Shown here: one piece after another, positions 58,870 to 64,000 of the stretch
Position numbering within the stretch: position 1 is the stretch's first letter
Layout of the letters: each line of letters opens with the position of its first letter
Source: Eledone cirrhosa
Lineage: Eukaryota
NCBI GenBank assembly: GCA_964016885.1
Contig: OZ024740.1
Coordinates: 213,404,001 to 213,468,000, forward strand
DNA: 64,000 nt
Direction: 5' to 3'
The notes under the pieces: generated by a model
What the model was told of the DNA's origin: nothing
Seen by the model: only the letters and a program-made list of their open reading frames with translations
Databases searched by the model: none
Position numbers and translations under genes: made by a program

Positions 58870-60600
58870 GGGGGGGGTAGGAGAAAGAAAGAAAGAGTAA
58901 GGAAGTAAAAAGGGAGAAAGAAAATGAGTGAGGAAGAAAAAGATAGAGATAGAAAGAGAAAGAAAGTGAAGTAAAAGAAAGTGAGTATAAGAGAGAGAAA
59001 GCAGGAGAATGTAAGAGAAAAAAAGAAAGAGAGTGAGAGAGAGAGAAAGAATAAAGAAAGTGAGTAAGAGAGAGAAAGAATAAAGAAAGTAAGAGAGAGA
59101 AAGAAGAAAGAGAGTAAGAGAGAGAAAGAATAAAGAAAGAGAGTAAGAGAGAGAAAGAATAAAGAGAGTAAGAGAGAGAAAGAATAAAGAAAGAGAGTAA
59201 GAGAGAGAAAGAACAAAGAAAGAGAGTAAGAGAGAGAAAGAATAAAGAAAGAGAGTAAGAGAGAGAAAGAATAAAGAACGAGAGTGAGAGAAAGAATAAA
59301 GAGAGTAAGAGAGAAAGAATAAAGAAAGAGAGTAAGAGAGAGAAAGAATAAAAAAAAAGAGAGAGAAAGAATAAAGAAAGAGAGTAAGAGAGAGAAAGAA
59401 TAAAGAAAGAAAGTAAGAGAGAGAAAGAATAAAGAAAGAGAGTAAGAGAGAGAAAGAATAAAGAAAGAAAGTAAGAGAGAGAAAGAATAAAGAAAGAGAG
59501 TAAGAGAGAGAAAGAATAAAGAACGAGAGTAAGAGAGAGAAAGAATAAAGAGAGTAAGAGAGAGAAAGAATAAAGAAAGAGAGTAAGAGAGAGAAAGAAT
59601 AAAAAAAGAGTAAGAGAGAGAAAGAATAAAGAAAGAGAGTAAGAGAGAGAAAGAATAAAGAAAGAAAGTAAGAAAGAGAAAGAATAAAGAAAGAGAGTAA
59701 GAGAGAGAAAGAATAAAGAAAGAAAGTAAGAGAGAGAAAGAATAAAGAAAGAGAGTAAGAGAGAGAAAGAATAAAGAGAGTAAGAGAGAGAAAGAATAAA
59801 GAAAGTAAGAGAGAGAAAGAATAAAGAAAGAGAGTAAGAGAGAGAAAGAATAAAGAAAGAGAGTAAGAGAGAGAAAGAATAAAGAAAGAAAGTAAGAGAG
59901 AGAAAGAATAAAGAATGAGAGTAAGAGAGAGAAAGAATAAAGAGAGTAAGAGAGAGAAAGAATAAAGAAAGAAAGTAAGAGAGAGAAAGAATAAAGAAAG
60001 AAAGTAAGAGAGAGAAAGAATAAAGAAAGAAAGTAAGAGAGAGAAAGAATAAAGAAAGAGAGTAAGAGAGAGAAAGAATAAAGAACGAGAGTAAGAGAGA
60101 GAAAGAATAAAGAGAGTAAGAGAGAGAAAGAATAAAGAAAGAGAGTAAGAGAGAGAAAGAATAAAGAAAGAGAGTAAGAGAGAGAAAGAATAAAGAGAGA
60201 AAGTAAGAGAGAGAAAGAATAAAGAAAGAGAGTAAGAGAGAGAAAGAATAAAGAAAGAGAGTAAGAGAGAGAAAGAATAAAGAAAGAGAGTAAGAGAGAG
60301 AAAGAATAAAGAAAGAAAGTAAGAGAGAGAAAGAATAAAGAAAGAAAGTAAGAGAGAGAAAGAATAAAGAAAGGGAGTAAGAGAGAGAAAGAATAAAGAA
60401 AGAAAGTAAGAGAGAGAAAGAATAAAGAAAGAGAGTAAGAGAGAGAAAGAATAAAGAAAGAGAGTAAGAGAGAGAAAGAATAAAGAAAGAGTAAGAGAGA
60501 GAAAGAATAAAGAAAGAGAGTAAGAGAGAGAAAGAATAAAGAACGAGAGTAAGAGAGAGAAAGAATAAAGAAAGAGAGTAAGAGAGAGAAAGAATAAAAG
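58870..60600. repeat. ~1.7-kb polypurine minisatellite, ~29-bp unit AGAGTAAGAGAGAGAAAGAATAAAGAAAG
   Basis: Direct inspection. Confidence 0.95.
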
Positions 60601-60687
60601 GAGGATTAATAAATTATTAATAGAAGAACTGTGAATATTTTTGGATATATTACTCATTGAGAAATGATTACTAAATCGAATACTTAC

Positions 60688-60803
60688 GCCGTAAACGGTG
60701 CATCAAAATTTGTTCCAGAATAGCTAATAAGTTGATGAGTTCTTCACAGTCGTCATCTATGATGTCCAATGAAGCCATGTCTATCAGACTTTTTACAGCA
60801 AGT
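60688..60803 (-). CDS. RUNDC3: RUNDC3 RUN-domain exon (LAVKSLIDMASLDIIDDDCEELINLLAILEQILMHRLR); upstream exon lies outside the window
   Basis: atttcag acceptor, gtaagt donor, 116 nt; VK.LID...IDD...AILEQIL.HRL matches RUNDC3. Confidence 0.95.
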
Positions 60804-61539
60804 CTGAAATCAAAAATACAATCAACAATAATTTATGTGAAAGAGGAGATTGAATGAGATTAAATTGATAACTCAAATTGAATGTTCTTTAACCTTTTTC
60901 GTTACCATATTTTACCATATTTTGTTATTTTCAAATCAATTTAAATATACAGTATATACTCAAATATAAGCTAAGAAATATGTGACCCCCCCCCCCCCCA
61001 AAAAAAAACCCCGATGGTAAAATGGGGCATTGGTTTACATACGCCATCTTAACACAATGTGTTGATTAGCTGCCTTGGTTTATAAATGGGGTTTGGATTT
61101 TTGCCTATTTCTCAGACATAAAATAGGTGTGGGGACAATTACATTCAAGTATATAGGGTAATTAAGAATTTGGAGGGATTTAGTAATATAACTAAATTTC
61201 TCGTTATCAAGATGGTGTTTGGAACATAGTTTATCAAAGGTTTTTACATAAAATTATGATGGGAGATTTTTTTTTTTTTTAATCAATATAAACACTTTTA
61301 AATAAACAGTTTTGTATGATAGAAGCTGGCCCAGTTTCAAGTAGTTTGTTATTGTGAGGATAAGCTGGCCCAGTTTCAAGTAGTTTGTTATTGTGAGGAT
61401 TAATATTCCAAGCAGTAAAAACAATGGAATTGGTAGAAATGGTAAAGTACTAGACTAAATGCTTTACAGCAGTCCGGGAATAAGATTTTTATAAAGCTTG
61501 GAGGCCCTAGGTTTTAAAAAATGAGACCAGAAGATCTCA

Positions 61540-62120
61540 CTTCAGATCAGCAAATAAAGTATTCTGGCTGACCATCCACCTACTTTGTAATAAGATGTCT
61601 TCCTTCACACATACTATTAGGAACACGTCAGAAAAGTGCATCCTTGTGAGATGGAGAGAATATTTAGATGATCTCTTAAACCCAGTCACAACATCTTCTG
61701 ATGTACACGAAGTGCGTCAGAGTGATGACTAACCTCACAGAGACTGGGTGCAATTAAAAGCCTTAAATAGAGAAAGTATTCTCTGGCTAACTCATGTGTG
61801 CTGGGTGTCCTGGATCTCTGGAAAGGCACTAAGCAATGGCAATCAGGAATGATAATCCCAATTTTTAAAAAGGGAGACAAGAGAGATTGCTCTAATTATA
61901 GAGGGACCCCTTTGTTAAGCCTCCTAGGTAAAGTCTTTGTTAAGTATCTGGCAAAGTGAAGTAAGGAGATTGTAGAGTCAAATCTAGCTGAACAATGTGG
62001 TTTTCACCATGGACACAGCCAACAAAATATTCACATTGTAGCTAACTTTGAGAAATCAAGTGAGTATTGCCAAAAGGTGTATGCTTGTTTTGTAGACCTC
62101 AATAAGTCATATGACCACAT
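61540..62120 (+). mobile_element. Degraded RTE LINE RT N-terminal fragment
   Basis: IIPIFKKGDKRDCSNYRG, YACFVDL.K.YD. Confidence 0.8.
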
Positions 62121-62127
62121 GCATGTA

Positions 62128-64000
62128 ATTGTGACACCAGCACTACCACCTTACACTGTGGGCTGGATTGTGGCACCAACACTACCACCTTACACTGTGG
62201 GCTGGATTGTGCGACCAACACTACCACCTTACACTGTGGGCTGGACTGTGGCACCAACACTACCACCTTACACTGTGAGCTGGATTGGGGCACCAACACT
62301 ACCACCTTACACTGTGGGCTGGATTGTGGCACCAGCACTACCACCTTACACTGTGGGCTGGATTGTGGCACCAACACTACCACTTTACACTGTGGGCTGG
62401 ACTGTGGCACCAACACTAACACCTTACACTGTGGGCTGGACTGTGGCACCAACACTAACACCTTACACTGTGGGCTGGATTGTGGCACCAACACTACCAC
62501 CTTACACTGTGGGCTGGATTGTGGCACCAACACTAACACCTTACACTGTGGGCTGGACTGTGGCACCAACACTACCACCTTACACTGTGGGCTGGATTGT
62601 GGCACCAACACTACCACCTTACACTGTGGGCTGGATTGTGGCACCAACACTAACACCTTACACTGTGGGCTGGACTGTGGCACCAACACTACCACCTTAC
62701 ACTGTGGGCTGGACTGTGGCACCAACACTACCACCTTACACTGTGGGCTGGATTGTGGCACCAACACTAACACCTTACACTGTGGGCTGGACTGTGGCAC
62801 CAACACTAACACCTTACACTGTGGGCTGGACTGTGGCACCAACACTAACACCTTACACTGTGGGCTGGATTGTGGCACCAACACTACCACCTTACACTGT
62901 GGGCTGGATTGTGGAACCAACACTACCACCTTACACTGTGGGCTGGATTGTGGAACCAACACTACCACTTTACACTGTGGGCTGGACTGTGGCACCAACA
63001 CTAACACCTTACACTGTGGGCTGGATTGTGGCACCAGCACTAACACCTTACACTGTGGGCTGGATTGTGACACCAACACTACCACCTTACACTGTGGGCT
63101 GGATTGTGGCACCAGCACTACCACCTTACACTGTGGGCTGGATTGTGGCACCAACACTAACACCTTACACTGTGGGCTGGATTGTGGCACCAACACTACC
63201 ACTTTACACTGTGGGCTGGATTGTGGCACCAACACTACCACCTTACACTGTGGGCTGGATTGTGGCACCAACACTAACACCTTACACTGTGGGCTGGATT
63301 GTGGTACCAACACTAACACCTTACACTGTGGGCTGGATTGTGGCTCCAACACTACCACCTTACACTGTGGGCTGGATTGTGACACCGACACTAACACCTT
63401 ACACTGTGGGCTGGATTGTGGCACCAACACTACCACCTTACACTGTGGGCTGGACTGTGGCACCAACACTAACACCTTACACTGTGGGCTGGATTGTGGC
63501 ACCAACACTAACACCTTACACTGGATTGTGGCACCAACACTACCACCTTACACTGTGGGCTGGACTGTGGCACCAACACTAACACCTTACACTGTGGGCT
63601 GGATTGTGGCACCAGCACTACCACCTTACACTGGACTGTGGCACCAACACTAACACCTTAAACTGTGGTCTGGATTGTGGCACCAACACTACCACCTTAC
63701 ACTGGACTGTGGCACCAACACTAACACCTTACACTGTGGGCTGGATTGTGGCACCAACACTAACACCTTACACTGTGGGCTGGATTGTGGCACCAACACT
63801 ACCACTTTACACTGTGGGCTGGATTGTGGCACCAACACTACCACCTTACACTGTGGGCTGGACTGTGGAACCAACACTAACACCTTACACTGTGGGCTGG
63901 ATTGTGGCACCAACACTAACACCTTACACTGTGGGCTGGATTGTGGTACCAACACTAACACCTTACACTGTGGGCTGGATTGTGGCACCAACACTAACAC
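62128..64000. repeat. 39-bp minisatellite (GGATTGTGGCACCAACACTACCACCTTACACTGTGGGCT), runs off the window
   Basis: 13-aa period in the spurious ORF (PTLPPYTVGWIVA); tandem units read directly. Confidence 0.93.

Noticed and set aside
58837-60657. 606-aa F/L/S-rich ORF
   Set aside because: Translation of the polypyrimidine repeat
62077-64000. 501-aa PTLPPYTVGW repeat ORF
   Set aside because: 39-bp minisatellite fused to a LINE RT scrap; open on both strands

Overview
AT-rich, repeat-dense eukaryotic (animal) genomic DNA. OR-type tRNA SINEs, RTE LINEs and very long (TA)n arrays suggest an octopod cephalopod (inference). Two convergent genes are recognisable. The last coding exon of a YME1L1/FtsH-type mitochondrial i-AAA protease lies at 586-735 (+). 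Nine phase-compatible GT-AG exons of a RUNDC3 (RPIP8-like RUN-domain) gene run on the minus strand from 60803 to 16660, with its 5' end outside the window. The rest is introns and intergenic DNA: RTE and CRE-like non-LTR fragments, SINEs, mariner/pogo/piggyBac/hAT MITEs, many minisatellites and one 200-N gap. Nearly all long ORFs in the supplied track are repeat artefacts. The most interesting signal is five minimal type-I hammerhead ribozyme motifs of the Penelope-like-element kind, from four divergent sequence families. All five have an unusually long stem II carrying the same asymmetric internal loop (5'-G-AG-U/A-G-C-3') with compensatory changes in the flanking pairs. Other signals are long fold-back palindromes in (TA)n tracts, a 37-bp LINE target-site duplication readable inside a satellite, minisatellites born from transposon sequences, and two RUN-domain codons one A-to-G change away from conserved Arg.
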